DNA of 52,948 bases, filler included, from Squatina squatina (lineage: Eukaryota): the NCBI GenBank assembly GCA_031763465.1. It is 3 parts of 3 records of this genome, joined end to end, with 100 filler letters (N's around TTAATTAATTAA, not from the genome) between each part and the next. Parts side by side here need not be neighbours in the genome. Positions count along the whole stretch, not along the records: positions 1 to 27,750 come from JARFOE010000016.1; 2 more parts are not named here. One strand, 5' to 3'. The translations under genes were made by a program, and so were the position numbers. Under the pieces are notes generated by a model. That model was not told the origin of the DNA. It was given only the letters and a program-made list of their open reading frames with translations, and did no database searches. Below are positions 11,494 to 23,742 of this stretch, piece after piece. Within the stretch, counting starts at the first letter, position 1. Each line of letters opens with the position of its first letter.

Positions 11494-13731
11494 ANNNNNN
11501 NNNNNNNNNNNNNNNNNNNNNNNNNNNNNNNNNNNNNNNNNNNNNNNNNNNNNNNNNNNNNNNNNNNNNNNNNNNNNNNNNNNNNNNNNNNNNNNNNNNN
11601 NNNNNNNNNNNNNNNNNNNNNNNNNNNNNNNNNNNNNNNNNNNNNNNNNNNNNNNNNNNNNNNNNNNNNNNNNNNNNNNNNNNNNNNNNNNNNNNNNNNN
11701 NNNNNNNNNNNNNNNNNNNNNNNNNNNNNNNNNNNNNNNNNNNNNNNNNNNNNNNNNNNNNNNNNNNNNNNNNNNNNNNNNNNNNNNNNNNNNNNNNNNN
11801 NNNNNNNNNNNNNNNNNNNNNNNNNNNNNNNNNNNNNNNNNNNNNNNNNNNNNNNNNNNNNNNNNNNNNNNNNTATTGTTTTAATTGTATTATCTGCAAA
11901 ACAATAACAGCACGCCAGCACTCTTGGAAGACTGTAATTTTAGGGTTTTTGCCACAATGTTGCAAACGCGAGGCGGTGATATTTAAAGTCTTTAGCAGAA
12001 ATATCCTACTATTCAATATTTTGGAATTAATTTATTTTTTCACAATTAGTAAATTTCCCAAGACTAAGCTCTTTTAACTGTTTTTTTTAAAAAAGAGAAG
12101 TTATATTACTTCTGGGCTGATTATTAAACTCTATTTTCTTAAAATTCTTAGAACTTTACGTTTGAAGGCACGGAACTGAGAAACACTTGCGAAACTTGCG
12201 CTCGGGAAGGTAAATTCCTTTCCCTGCTTCGCGATTTCTAATACAATATTTCATTTCACGAGAACTGCACAAGATCCTAATACAATATTTACGTCTTTTT
12301 CTAAATGAATTAGTACTAGTTTTCTCATCAGGTTTAAAAATGCTAATTTCACTGTTTTTACTTGCTGTGTATTACTGGGAATCCACATCACTTTAGGAAA
12401 GGTTTTTTTTTGCTTATTCATCTTTCCTGTGCATTGTAGGCAACATTTACATTGTCAAATCAGTTAATGTTGTAAAATCGGTTCACGTGCATTTTAAACT
12501 GAAATGGTAAGAATATTTTGCGTTGCATGTGTTCCTCCAACTTTCCCACTGTGTATTGCCTTGAGAGAGTTGATCATTTGAGGGAGAATAATATGAAAAA
12601 CCTCATTGCAAGGAACACACTTCAGAAATAAATATATCAGACAAATTTACTGGAAGCAGAGACAGGGAAATCTGGGAAAACACACACCTTGTTTGTACGG
12701 GTTATCGTCGGAGTTCCCTGTTGCTACAATTGCTTGAATTGGAACAGAAAGTGTTTTATTCAGTGTATTGAGCGGATGTAACGGAATTTGCTGCGATCGA
12801 TCGGCGATCTTTCGAACAGTTTTCATGCTTGTTTGGAAGTTAATAAAAATAAATAAACCGACAACACAAATAAAAGCCAAGAGTTTGAACATAGTGTCGA
12901 ATACTACATGAATAACCTATATCAACAATTATTAGCTCTGCTCTGTAAGTATATAAACCGCTGGATCAATAGCAACCATAGTTACCTTAAATATATAGTT
13001 CCCTACGTGTTTTTAAATAGAATAACAGAGGCAGCTCGCAAACCATTGCGGCTCAAACCCTGGTGAATATACTTTGCATTTCATTTTCTGCTATTTCTGC
13101 ACGTATTTCCCCCAATCAGCCCTGATAAGTTACTGATAAGTCTTTTCTCGGCGCTTGCACCGAATTAAACATCAGTAAATCTGACGCTGTGCATATTTTT
13201 CTCGATCCTTTAACAGAATACGCGGTAAGGAGGGATGTTTTCTTATATGACCTATTTATTTACAGGGTATTATTATCCGCGGAAATAATCTGAGCTTCTC
13301 CTAATCAGGCTACATAGGGCAGAAAAATCAGCCTTAAATGCATGTTAAAATGACCAACTGTTATTTTCTCGCAAGGTCCCCATTCCTGATTTTATCAATC
13401 TATATGTTTAATACATTTCCACGTATGTATAATATACCTTGATGAATAAAACATGAATTGCTAAGAGACAGGTTGTGTCCGGGCAAAAAAACCCATCAGA
13501 TATATGGGGGATTGCAAGTTGCTCTTCAAGCGACAGGGTGCTCGTTTCCCTGGACAATCCAGTGCTGGGATTTCAGGACACCGCGGTGCTTGTTTGGGGT
13601 AGATCAGCGGGGCCTGGGGTCTCACTCGCTCTCTCTCTGTTTTTTTCCTGGATGAAATGATAGTGGAGTTGAATGAATGAAGGATGGGTTGACGGGAGTT
13701 GTGTCTGACTGGGGTTTTGCAGGTGCAATGG

Positions 13732-13747
13732 CAGCGCCCTCTGATGT
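13732..13747 (-). promoter_or_regulatory. Candidate CTCF site
   Basis: Minus strand ACATCAGAGGGCGCTG matches CCACCAGAGGGCGCTG at 14/16. Confidence 0.5.
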
Positions 13748-16700
13748 TCAACACTGACCGCCCTAAGCACTTCTCATCTCTCCTTCCCAACCTCCTCCAC
13801 ACCCCCAGCTGTAAATATGTACATGCAGCAAACAACAAATCTAACATCTTCTCATAAATACGCCTGACTAGCGGAGCTATTACACGGACTTAGATTGGAA
13901 CATGGGGGGGATACATTTTATTACTCAAAAAGCACATCAAAATAGAAAAGAAAATCTTCTGCGTCGAAATTATTTGCAATATATTTTCCGTTAAAACAGC
14001 TAAAGTCTTCCCCTTCCCAAGCAGTGTTTAATTTGTATGTTTGTACCTATACGCCTTGAAACGTTTAAATCGACAAATGTTTCGGTAATTTTCTAGAAAT
14101 CCGTTTTTTTTTAAAAACCGCTTTTAATTTATAATTAAGCAAATTGATGATGCGATTTTAAAACTATATTCGACTTTTTGAAACTAAGTTAAAATTCTTG
14201 CGCTGGGCAGACTCTTTGCCGCAAAACGGATTCAGTCCATTCCGTTTGCGTTTTAAGGGAGAAATCCTTAATTAATAATAATTAATCTTGTTTTTAGTAA
14301 TTAGTATCACCTTAGATTTATTGTGTGATGATATATTTTTGATCAAGTAAACGAATATTTCAGTGCAAACGGGGTAATTGCGTTACTGCTGTCGCACTTG
14401 CGATGAAACAGTTTACTCAAGTTGAAATGCCCTCTAACAGTTTCAGGAATTAGTCTGATGTTCTGAATTAGTTACATCGAATACTAACGCTGGAAATTAC
14501 CGTGTGCATGTTACACATTGAGGTGTGGGAGCCAAATGTTACNNNNNNNNNNNNNNNNNNNNNNNNNNNNNNNNNNNNNNNNNNNNNNNNNNNNNNNNNN
14601 NNNNNNNNNNNNNNNNNNNNNNNNNNNNNNNNNNNNNNNNNNNNNNNNNNNNNNNNNNNNNNNNNNNNNNNNNNNNNNNNNNNNNNNNNNNNNNNNNNNN
14701 NNNNNNNNNNNNNNNNNNNNNNNNNNNNNNNNNNNNNNNNNNNNNNNNNNNNNNNNNNNNNNNNNNNNNNNNNNNNNNNNNNNNNNNNNNNNNNNNNNNN
14801 NNNNNNNNNNNNNNNNNNNNNNNNNNNNNNNNNNNNNNNNNNNNNNNNNNNNNNNNNNNNNNNNNNNNNNNNNNNNNNNNNNNNNNNNNNNNNNNNNNNN
14901 NNNNNNNNNNNNNNNNNNNNNNNNNNNNNNNNNNNNNNNNNNNNNNNNNNNNNNNNNNNNNNNNNNNNNNNNNNNNNNNNNNNNNNNNNNNNNNNNNNNN
15001 NNNNNNNNNNNNNNNNNNNNNNNNNNNNNNNNNNNNNNNNNNNNNNNNNNATTCCAAGTGACAACGTTTGGATTTTCATTCCATTGACAATGTGCTCTTT
15101 TTAGGGTTTAAGAAAGAAATCTATCTCGGGGTCTAATTACAAGCAAATATCTTAACAGATTTCTACAAAAATTAAGATTTGTACGAATAAATACCAATCG
15201 TACCATTCCATTCGGTTTAAAATGATATTTGTTCATTGCGGGGCATTATAACGCGTGTTCATTCCTGGTTTATATATCTTTTTAGTATAATACAATCGAC
15301 TGAACTATTTCAAGGGGTTTGACCTGCGATGTAACGGTCTTTATTAATAGTGGACAGTGGAACTCCGACAGATATAACGGAGATTTGATTCGCTACAGGT
15401 CCCGAAGGTTGCTCCGAGTTTCCCTAGTGATACAAATGCATCGCAGTTTAAAATCTTACTTGATACCTTTAATAATACACTACTTACAGTATGATTTTGT
15501 TAAGGAAGGGGCGAATGTTGGAAAGCAAAACTGACTAACAGTATAATAGATGATGGGGAATAGCTGTTCAGTCGAAAGGATTAGACACTTAAAAAAAGGC
15601 TAGGTATTTGGCTCAGACTCTACTCCCATGGTCACAGACAGAGGCAGCGCTTTATACATGAGAAACAGACAGAGCCGTGCACACGGGCGCAGACAGATAC
15701 ACACACAGACACACATACTGAGAGACCTTAGCAGAACCATGTGATTCATATATTGAAACCCCTGCATCCAATTCACGGATATATTTCTTTCTATGTAGAA
15801 CTATATACACATATACATGTACGCACACAGATGCATTTACACGTCTATATTGTGTACATAAGTTACGAACTGATATAACCATGCAAAACGTGCTGCATAA
15901 TTTATTTTTAATGAAAGCAATATAAGTCCCCAATAATCTTTATTAGTAGTAGCATCCTGTTTTTAAAGCTGAGGTTACCTACAGCAATACCAAAAACTCC
16001 AACCTTTTCCCTATTTTTCTTGCTTTCATTGGGATGCAAACACACATGGGGAGATCCTTCGGCAGTGCCTTGGAACTGTTCGCTACATACANNNNNNNNN
16101 NNNNNNNNNNNNNNNATCAGCCACAAGTTCCCAATAGAGTACAGCGTAAAACTTTTATTTGGATACATCTTTCCTTCAGACTTGACAACTTTGTGACGCA
16201 AGGTTTAACATGCAATTTGTTATACTGCTAATTTTAATATTATCTCAATTAATTATTAACAATGTTGCACTGTTATTTCTCGATATAACATCGAATTAAT
16301 TTGGAACTCTTGCAATTTTTCTAATTCGCATCATGGAAGCTTGGCTATTTGGTTGCTGGTTTGAAAAGCTAGAAGAAAATGCCATGAAGTAAAGAGAAAT
16401 TTCCTGCAATTTACATACATATTTCAATATTGTGCAGTTATCAATATTTTATATGCAACGCATGTTTACTTTTACAAACGTTTATTTTCGATGTATTATA
16501 TGTTTTAGAAATCGATGTGTCACAGACAAACTAATTTTCTCATATATATAAAACATATATACGTATATATTATATTACCCTCAGATAAAAGCACACCATT
16601 CACGGCATTTATTGATCAAATATAATGATGCACAATTGCACATATTTTGTTTTGGACAGAGATGATATCCATTAAATGCAAAATTCATAAATCGACTGTG

Positions 16701-17029
16701 CATTTAATATAACAATATATATTTTTTGCAATTCTAAGCAATATCAGGCTGCGCTGATCTATTATCCTACGGATTATTCTCATTTATTAAAATCATATGC
16801 ATACATCCAACCTGTTTTTTTTCCAACCCGCAATACAATATGTGGAACTGCAAGATAATTTAGGACTAAGCGAGTGCAATTTGAGTTTTGAATGCAAATA
16901 ACTGAATAAAGATAATTGGCAACGGTTTACATATTGCAGTTTGCAAAGCACTGACTGGAGTTTGCTGACCTGTTGCCCTAAAGGTCTATGGCGTCGGTGG
17001 TTTCACTGCAGCAACTGAGAGGCTCAGAA

Positions 17030-17346
17030 CAGGGAATTTCCCTTCGCATCGACCTTCCAGCCAACCACCACCTCACCTGAATACATCACGTGATCTCCCA
17101 GGACGGGGTATTGTGACGTCTCTCACTGACAGGTGACGCGTTCGATTGGAAAGGTTGTCAAAGGTGCTGTTCGCAAAGGTTTGTGGATGTTGTAGTCCAG
17201 CACGCTGCTTTAGTCCTATCTGACTTGCTAGGACCTCGTCCGAAACAAACTACAACACCCAGAGGACCAGGCACCTAACGCTTGGCCAGAAAGGTGCATG
17301 TCTCCACCAGTATCTAATCTCCATCTGGAAATAAATATTGGTAAGG
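17030..17346. promoter_or_regulatory. Motif-dense promoter, probably bidirectional
   Basis: NF-kB consensus GGGAATTTCC (17032-17041), E-box TCACGTGA, CRE-like TGACGTC and TGACGC, reverse CCAAT (GATTGG), two opposed ACTACAACA(T/C)CC ZNF143-type motifs, a minus-strand donor CAG|GTGAG near 17077 and a plus-strand donor TTG|GTAAG at 17340/17341. Confidence 0.7.
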
Positions 17347-18299
17347 GATTATTTGCACTTTGTTTCAGTTAGTTACTATTATGCATTGACAGTTCCGCTC
17401 ATTTATTTACGTTTCTTTGCATTACTCGTTTTATCACCTGAACATATTCATCTTTTGTCGTTTGGAGCACTGGGGTCTGCTGCCACAGTGCGGGGCGTTA
17501 AGTTTCACTAAACTACTCCAGTTTATACATTGAAGGCATTCTATCGATGAAAAGTATGACTTTAAGCACTGAATATTTAACACTGAGGATAAATTATTGA
17601 TAAATCTCATCAAAAATACAGATCACAATGTCAGAAAGTACGGGATAATTCAGTGCATGCAATTCTGAAAAGACATTTTTCTAAAATAAGCAAATTATTG
17701 CCAAGTCTCAGTTTGATGAACTTGCTGTTAGCATAGTTATTTCTGCGATTTTGAAACCAGCTACAAGCGGAGTTTTGTGCACCTGTTATATATTGCACAT
17801 AGAGGCATCTCGCTGTACCCGAAAATTTTGAAACTAAGAGTAATTTTTTTTCCAGTTCATTACCAATAGAGTCCGCCTGATTGTGTCACGTTGCGAAATA
17901 TACTCTGCCCCTGACCCTTCAACTGAAATGCTGAACCTGATTTATGGAACCGCCAATATGTTAGAGAACAGTTTTCACTATGACTTACTAATTGACATCA
18001 GCACGCAACAGCCACCAGTGACTGACATCAAAAGGCTTTGAAAACAAAGAATGTTGCAGACTGATATCACAAAGGACAAGGCACCTGATTCCCGCCTATT
18101 ATTATTATTCCCGCCAGTTATTATCCAACTCCTCTTTATCTTGACAATATATAGTTGTACAGTGAAAAACAAGTGATAACTCTTNNNNNNNNNNNNNNNN
18201 NNNNNNNNNNNNNNNNNNNNNNNNNNNNNNNNNNNNNNNNNNNNNNNNNNNNNNNNNNNNNNNNNNNNNNNNNNNNNNNNNNNNGTTTCCTACATTACA

Positions 18300-18385
18300 T
18301 CAATTACATAACTTCAAAAGTACTTCATTGGCTGTAAAGTTCTCTGGGACGTCCCAAAGCAGGGTGTAAATGCATCTGTCTTTCA
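18300..18385 (+). mobile_element. 3' tail fragment of the Deu-domain SINE
   Basis: acttcaaaagtacttcattggctgtaaag...tgggacgtcc...aaatgca matches the tail of the copy at 19295-19721. Confidence 0.7.
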
Positions 18386-19294
18386 TTGCCCTTCTGTGCT
18401 GCTGCCAGGGCAGGGATGTTTCCCTGTATGACCAGATATGAACATGGTGTTTAATCTTGACCAACACAGTGTGTAGCTTCAGCACGGCACCCTACTCCAT
18501 GGTATCATCATTTCGGAGCTTCACACGTTTAATGTTTGCAGTATTGGAGCTGTGTGTGGTGATGCTGTATTTTGAATGCAGATTAATTAGATGTGAAGGG
18601 CTTGGGAGCGGTGCAGTTTGAAACCTCCCATATTACTGTTCGAAGTGGATACGCTCTCCCCTACCTTTGTTGAAGGTCTTCTATATTGTCTGTATTATAT
18701 TTCTTGCCACTGATTATTTTCAGGCTTTTATTCCTCAGGTTACAGGAATGGCTCTGCTCTCATGGTCTTAGCCGTGTGTCTCAATCTCTGGACTCTGGCT
18801 ACATTTGTGTAACAATAAAAAATGCATCCTGCCGGGGCAAAGGTCTTGTTTCCCTCTTTCCTCTCTTCATTCAAAGTCACTTATTTGATCGTTCAAAAAT
18901 ATTTTAGGCACTAAATTCAGAGTCTGCTGCATTTTTTTCTGTTGCTTAATTTGAATTACTGGATAATTCAATTCTGTTTACTGCTAAAAACTAAACGAGC
19001 AGGAATAGAATGTACTAACTTTTTTTGCCACTGTTCATGATTAAGATTTGTACTTTTTGCTGGGACTTATTAAATTACACCAACAGAATGAACAGTTAAG
19101 GAATAACATCCAATTAATGGGATTATTACATATAGTTACTGTGTTAAATTAATATCAACCACAATTGACCTGTCGATATTGGAGAATATACCACAACTGC
19201 ATGACCCTGATTGTGTTTTATGAGCGGTTTACCATATAATATAACCATTTAGTGCTTTATATGTCATGCTCTGTTAGACTTTATATAACAATAT

Positions 19295-19721
19295 GTCAGC
19301 TTGGCTCTGAATCATAAGGTCATAGGTTCAGTCCCCCTTCAGGATTTGAGCACATAATCCAAATGGACTCCGCTGCAGTACTGAGGGAGCACTTTATTGT
19401 CACAGGTGACACCTTTTGGATGAGATATTAAAGTGAGGCCCCATTCACTTGATTAGATGGATGTAAAGGATCCCATAGTACTATTTGAAGAAGAGCTTTC
19501 CTGGTGTCCTGGCCAATATTAATCCCTCAACCAACATCATGAAAAAAACAAAGTTACTGGCCGTTTATCTCAGTACTGTATGTGAGACCTAGCTGTGTGA
19601 AAATTGGATGCTTCGTTTGTCAGAACAGTGACTGCGCTTCAAAAGTAATCCATTGTCTTGATAGAACTTTGGGACATCTTAAGGACATGAAAGGCACTAT
19701 ATCAATGCACATGTTTTTCTT
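19295..19721 (+). mobile_element. Deu-domain SINE, near full length
   Basis: tRNA-like head (ggttcagtccc), core tgcagtactgagggagcac...ttttggatgagatattaaa, aggatcccatagtactatttgaagaagag and tail. An inverted tail fragment follows at about 19756-19821. Confidence 0.88.
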
Positions 19722-19831
19722 GAATTTAATGCATTACTGTATTTTGGAAAAATGGAAGAACTTGCATTTATATGGCAGCCTTTATGTCCTCAAAGCACCC
19801 AGAAATGCCTCACAGCCAATCATATAATTTA

Positions 19832-19925
19832 TAAATAAAAACAGAAAAATGCTGGAAACAATCAGCAGGTCAGAGAGAACAGACAAGTTAATGTTTCAGA
19901 TGTGTGGATCCATTGTCAAGACTAA
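19832..19925. mobile_element. Penelope-like-element terminal repeat relic
   Basis: aaaacagaaaaatgctggaaac..tcagcaggtc..gagagaacagacaagttaatgtttcag is clearly homologous to 45612-45690. Family assignment is from recall of a common shark repeat. Confidence 0.55.
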
Positions 19926-20044
19926 AGGATACCACCATTAAACAGTTTTTAAAAAGGAACAAAACAAGGGGAAAGTGGAGGGCAAAACACTAAAATACTT
20001 TTTGAAGTGTAGCAACTGTTGTTTGCAGATAAAGTTATACAGAG

Positions 20045-20192
20045 GTAGAATTTCTGTGGGGTTTCTCCCAATTTCCCATGTAACTTTGGAAGAAGTTTGG
20101 CAGGATTGGCAGAAGTGCCATTTCTCTGGGGTTTCCACCAATCTCACGCTGAAGTTACGGTGGGAGATTGGGAGTGTCCCTGCAGAAATTAC
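20045..20192. mobile_element. MITE with roughly 42-bp terminal inverted repeats
   Basis: Left gtagaatttctgtggggtttctcccaatttcccatgtaactt versus reverse complement of the right end gtaatttctgcagggacactcccaatctcccaccgtaactt. Confidence 0.75.
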
Positions 20193-22604
20193 TTTTAGAA
20201 AAGGATCTGATTAAGAAACTTAATTGCATCCTTTTTCTTTAAAAGATCGTACAATATCTACTTGAATCGTTATTTGTATTCTTAAGTATTATTTTAAAAT
20301 AGGTCTTGNNNNNNNNNNNNNNNNNNNNNNNNNNNNNNNNNNNNNNNNNNNNNNNNNNNNNNNNNNNNNNNNNNNNNNNNNNNNNNNNNNNNNNNNNNNN
20401 NNNNNNNNNNNNNNNNNNNNNNNNNNNNNNNNNNNNNNNNNNNNNNNNNNNNNNNNNNNNNNNNNNNNNNNNNNNNNNNNNNNNNNNNNNNNNNNNNNNN
20501 NNNNNNNNNNNNNNNNNNNNNNNNNNNNNNNNNNNNNNNNNNNNNNNNNNNNNNNNNNNNNNNNNNNNNNNNNNNNNNNNNNNNNNNNNNNNNNNNNNNN
20601 NNNNNNNNNNNNNNNNNNNNNNNNNNNNNNNNNNNNNNNNNNNNNNNNNNNNNNNNNNNNNNNNNNNNNNNNNNNNNNNNNNNNNNNNNNNNNNNNNNNN
20701 NNNNNNNNNNNNNNNNNNNNNNNNNNNNNNNNNNNNNNNNNNNNNNNNNNNNNNNNNNNNNNNNNNNNNNNNNNNNNNNNNNNNNNNNNNNNNNNNNNNN
20801 NNNNNNNNNNNNNNNNNNNNNNNNNNNNNNNNNNNNNNNNNNNNNNNNNNNNNNNNNNNNNNNNNNNNNNNNNNNNNNNNNNNNNNNNNNNNNNNNNNNN
20901 NNNNNNNNNNNNNNNNNNNNNAAAAGCAATTTCAGTGATAGTACATTCGTTTGCTGGTTTTGAAATTGTTTTTTCCACAATGATAGAGAAATAAAATTTT
21001 TAGCATGCAAAACCACAGACCATTATAGCATTAGAAGCTTTTCACTCAAAACTCTGCAAGATCCTCAGAGGCAGTGAGCTGCCTTTCAGTTTTGCCAATA
21101 TGGTTTACTGAGGGGGAAACAAAATCCTTCAGGTAGACTGATATCAGCCGTAGGCCACCCAACAGTACGATTCTCCAGAGATTCCTTTTTTAGGTGAAAC
21201 CGCCAGGGATACACTCCCACTAAATCATTCTCTGGAAATAGTCAACAATAATCTGGAATAGCTTGGCAGGGATTCAGTGATGATTACTGAATGTTTGTTT
21301 AAATCCTTCTGTTTTCTTCCTTCAGAATAATGTTTGAGGTTTCAGCCTGTACTCTGGAACACACAGCAGAGGATATGGTTGCCAGCTTTCCAGAACCTTA
21401 TTAGGAATACAAATTAGGTCATATTCCAATCCAGTGCAGTACTTAAATAGGATCTCACCCCAGGACATCTTTCATACTTTCCCTGGCTTGCTAGGGCTAC
21501 AGTAGCATCAAAATCATAATAGCAACATAACACAGCAAAGCATACTTNNNNNNNNNNNNNNNNNNNNNNNNNNNNNNNNNNNNNNNNNNNNNNNNNNNNN
21601 NNNNNNNNNNNNNNNNNNNNNNNNNNNNNNNNNNNNNNNNNNNNNNNGATGTTTGTGCGGAGCCAAATGACAAACACATGGCCCAGACACTACACACTAA
21701 ACATGTCTGAATTCATCAGTTGGCTGGGTGTAAACTAACTCCAATAATAAACATGAAGGTGTTCAGGTATCTTAGTTCTTCAACAGCCTTTTCTGTCACT
21801 TGGTATAGCCTGGTGTAGGAGCAACCCTGAAGTGATAAAATCATCACTTTTTTTATTCTTGAATGCATAACTGAATCCCTAACACAGTAATAGCAAACAG
21901 CAAATTGATAAATAATATATATGCAGTTAATGAATTGCTAGTCCTGTCTGACTAGATGTTATTGCAGCCTTGTAATTCATAATTAGATTTGCTCTCCAAT
22001 ATTTGAAGCAACTCACTGTTGAAGTAAATTTTGGATAAGCTGTTTGCAACTGAATGATAAGCCCCCACTTACAGAAAGAACCAGGACATATTTCAGTCAA
22101 CTTCTCCCAGACAATATTGCCCGGAATCCCTATGGCTTGTAATAGCAGGTTGCTTCAAGCTCATGTTCCCAGCAGAGTTTAGCTTTCAAGGCTCCACCTT
22201 TATCATTTCAGTGATAAGTGCAGTTTTTTTTTAATGCTTCTCTGTATTTATGCTCACTGAAGTTAGGGATACAACAACCGCTTTGCAACTAGCTGCAGCA
22301 TCAAAGAATCATAATTTAGGTGCAGCATGAGGCAGGTGAAATGTAGAGCTCCTCTCTCACTGCTCTAATAAACACGCTTGGAACCCAACTTCAAAAGAGA
22401 CTATAACAAAAAAATGCATTAACTAATTAGCAGCCAGCAGCATCTTCATTTCAAATATGGTTGCTAGGTAATAGTTATCACAGTGCGTTAGATCACCCTC
22501 CTAACACCTGTGCGACCACAGTGTGCATGCGACTTTCCCATTCCTGCATTTATCGACGATGATTAGCTGGTGTTAAGTCCAAAGGCAGGTGCTCAGGGTC
22601 CATA

Positions 22605-22668
22605 GCTGACACTTCAGTGCAGTACTGAGGGAGTGCTGCACTGTCAGAGATGCCATCTTTCAGATGAG
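22605..22668 (+). mobile_element. Deu-domain SINE core fragment
   Basis: cagtgcagtactgagggagtgctgcactgtcagagatgccatctttcagatgag is a near-consensus Deu core. Confidence 0.85.
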
Positions 22669-22679
22669 TATTTTTTTAT

Positions 22680-22925
22680 TGAATAGATGGGCCTATATTC
22701 TCTGGTGTTTAGAAGAATGAGAGGTGATCTCATTGTAATGTATAAAATTCTTACAGGGCTTGACAGGGTAGATGCTGAAAGGATGTTTCCCCTGGCTGGA
22801 GAGTCTGGAACCAGGGGTCACAGTCCCAGCACAAAGGGTCGGCCATTTAAGACTGAGATGAGGAGAAATGTCTTCACTGAGAGGGTGGTGAATCTTTGGA
22901 ATTCTCTACCCCAGAGGGCTGTGGA
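22680..22925 (+). mobile_element. CR1 LINE ORF2 3' fragment
   Basis: GLYSLVFRRMRGDLIVMYKILTGLDRVDAERMFPLAGESGTRGHS...FTERVVNLWNSLPQRAV, the canonical CR1 C-terminal motifs. Confidence 0.95.
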
Positions 22926-23584
22926 NNNNNNNNNNNNNNNNNNNNNNNNNNNNNNNNNNNNNNNNNNNNNNNNNNNNNNNNNNNNNNNNNNNNNNNNNNN
23001 NNNNNNNNNNNNNNNNNNNNNNNNNTTGTTCGTCATGATCTGAGTCCTCCACTGCATGTTTTACTGGTATAATCCTCCCCTCTGCCAATCACACAGGCAG
23101 CAAGCAGGGGCAGAGAGTCGACATTGGGACCATTCTTCAGCAAAATCTACAGGCACAGAGTTCATTCGCTACCACAGAGATGGAAACCTCTTTAAAGCAA
23201 GGGGGTTTTGATCATAAAATTTAGTCTGTGGCCTGTTTTATTAAATTTTAAAAACAGAAGCTGTGCCTGATGTCCTCTGGAGCTTTAATATGCACCATAT
23301 CAGCAGTGATTCTGAGTTCAAATCCAATGCTTATTCACATTGAATATATGTACTGGAGATTGAATTCCTGCTAACTGACTGCTGGTCCAGTGCATTTTAA
23401 GGAAAAACTGTATTCGGATTCTTTAACTTTTGCACTAAAAATGGCTGCTGACCAAAATATATCATTTAGACTTTTAATAAAATATACAATAAAACAAAAA
23501 TGTACACATTATAAATAAACAAATACAATTTTGGATGATTAAAATAAGAAATAAGCCTATACGATTTACAGCAGAATAAAGTTT

Positions 23585-23742
23585 AATAATCAGATACCTG
23601 GGAGTGATTACAAAGCAGTAATTTAATCGTGGGGTTCAGATGACAGTTATAAACCACTTGAGCTTCACTTCTACAATTTATGATATCATTTGAACCCCTC
23701 CATCAGATTACAGCCTTGTAATTACTCCCAGCTATCCTTATT
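23585..23742. repeat. Long palindrome resembling Eulor / Crypton-A-derived ancient repeats
   Basis: Arms 23593-23653 and 23677-23736 are reverse complements at about 49/61 positions around a 23-nt loop. The palindrome is seen directly; the family label is from recall and is tentative. Confidence 0.75.
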
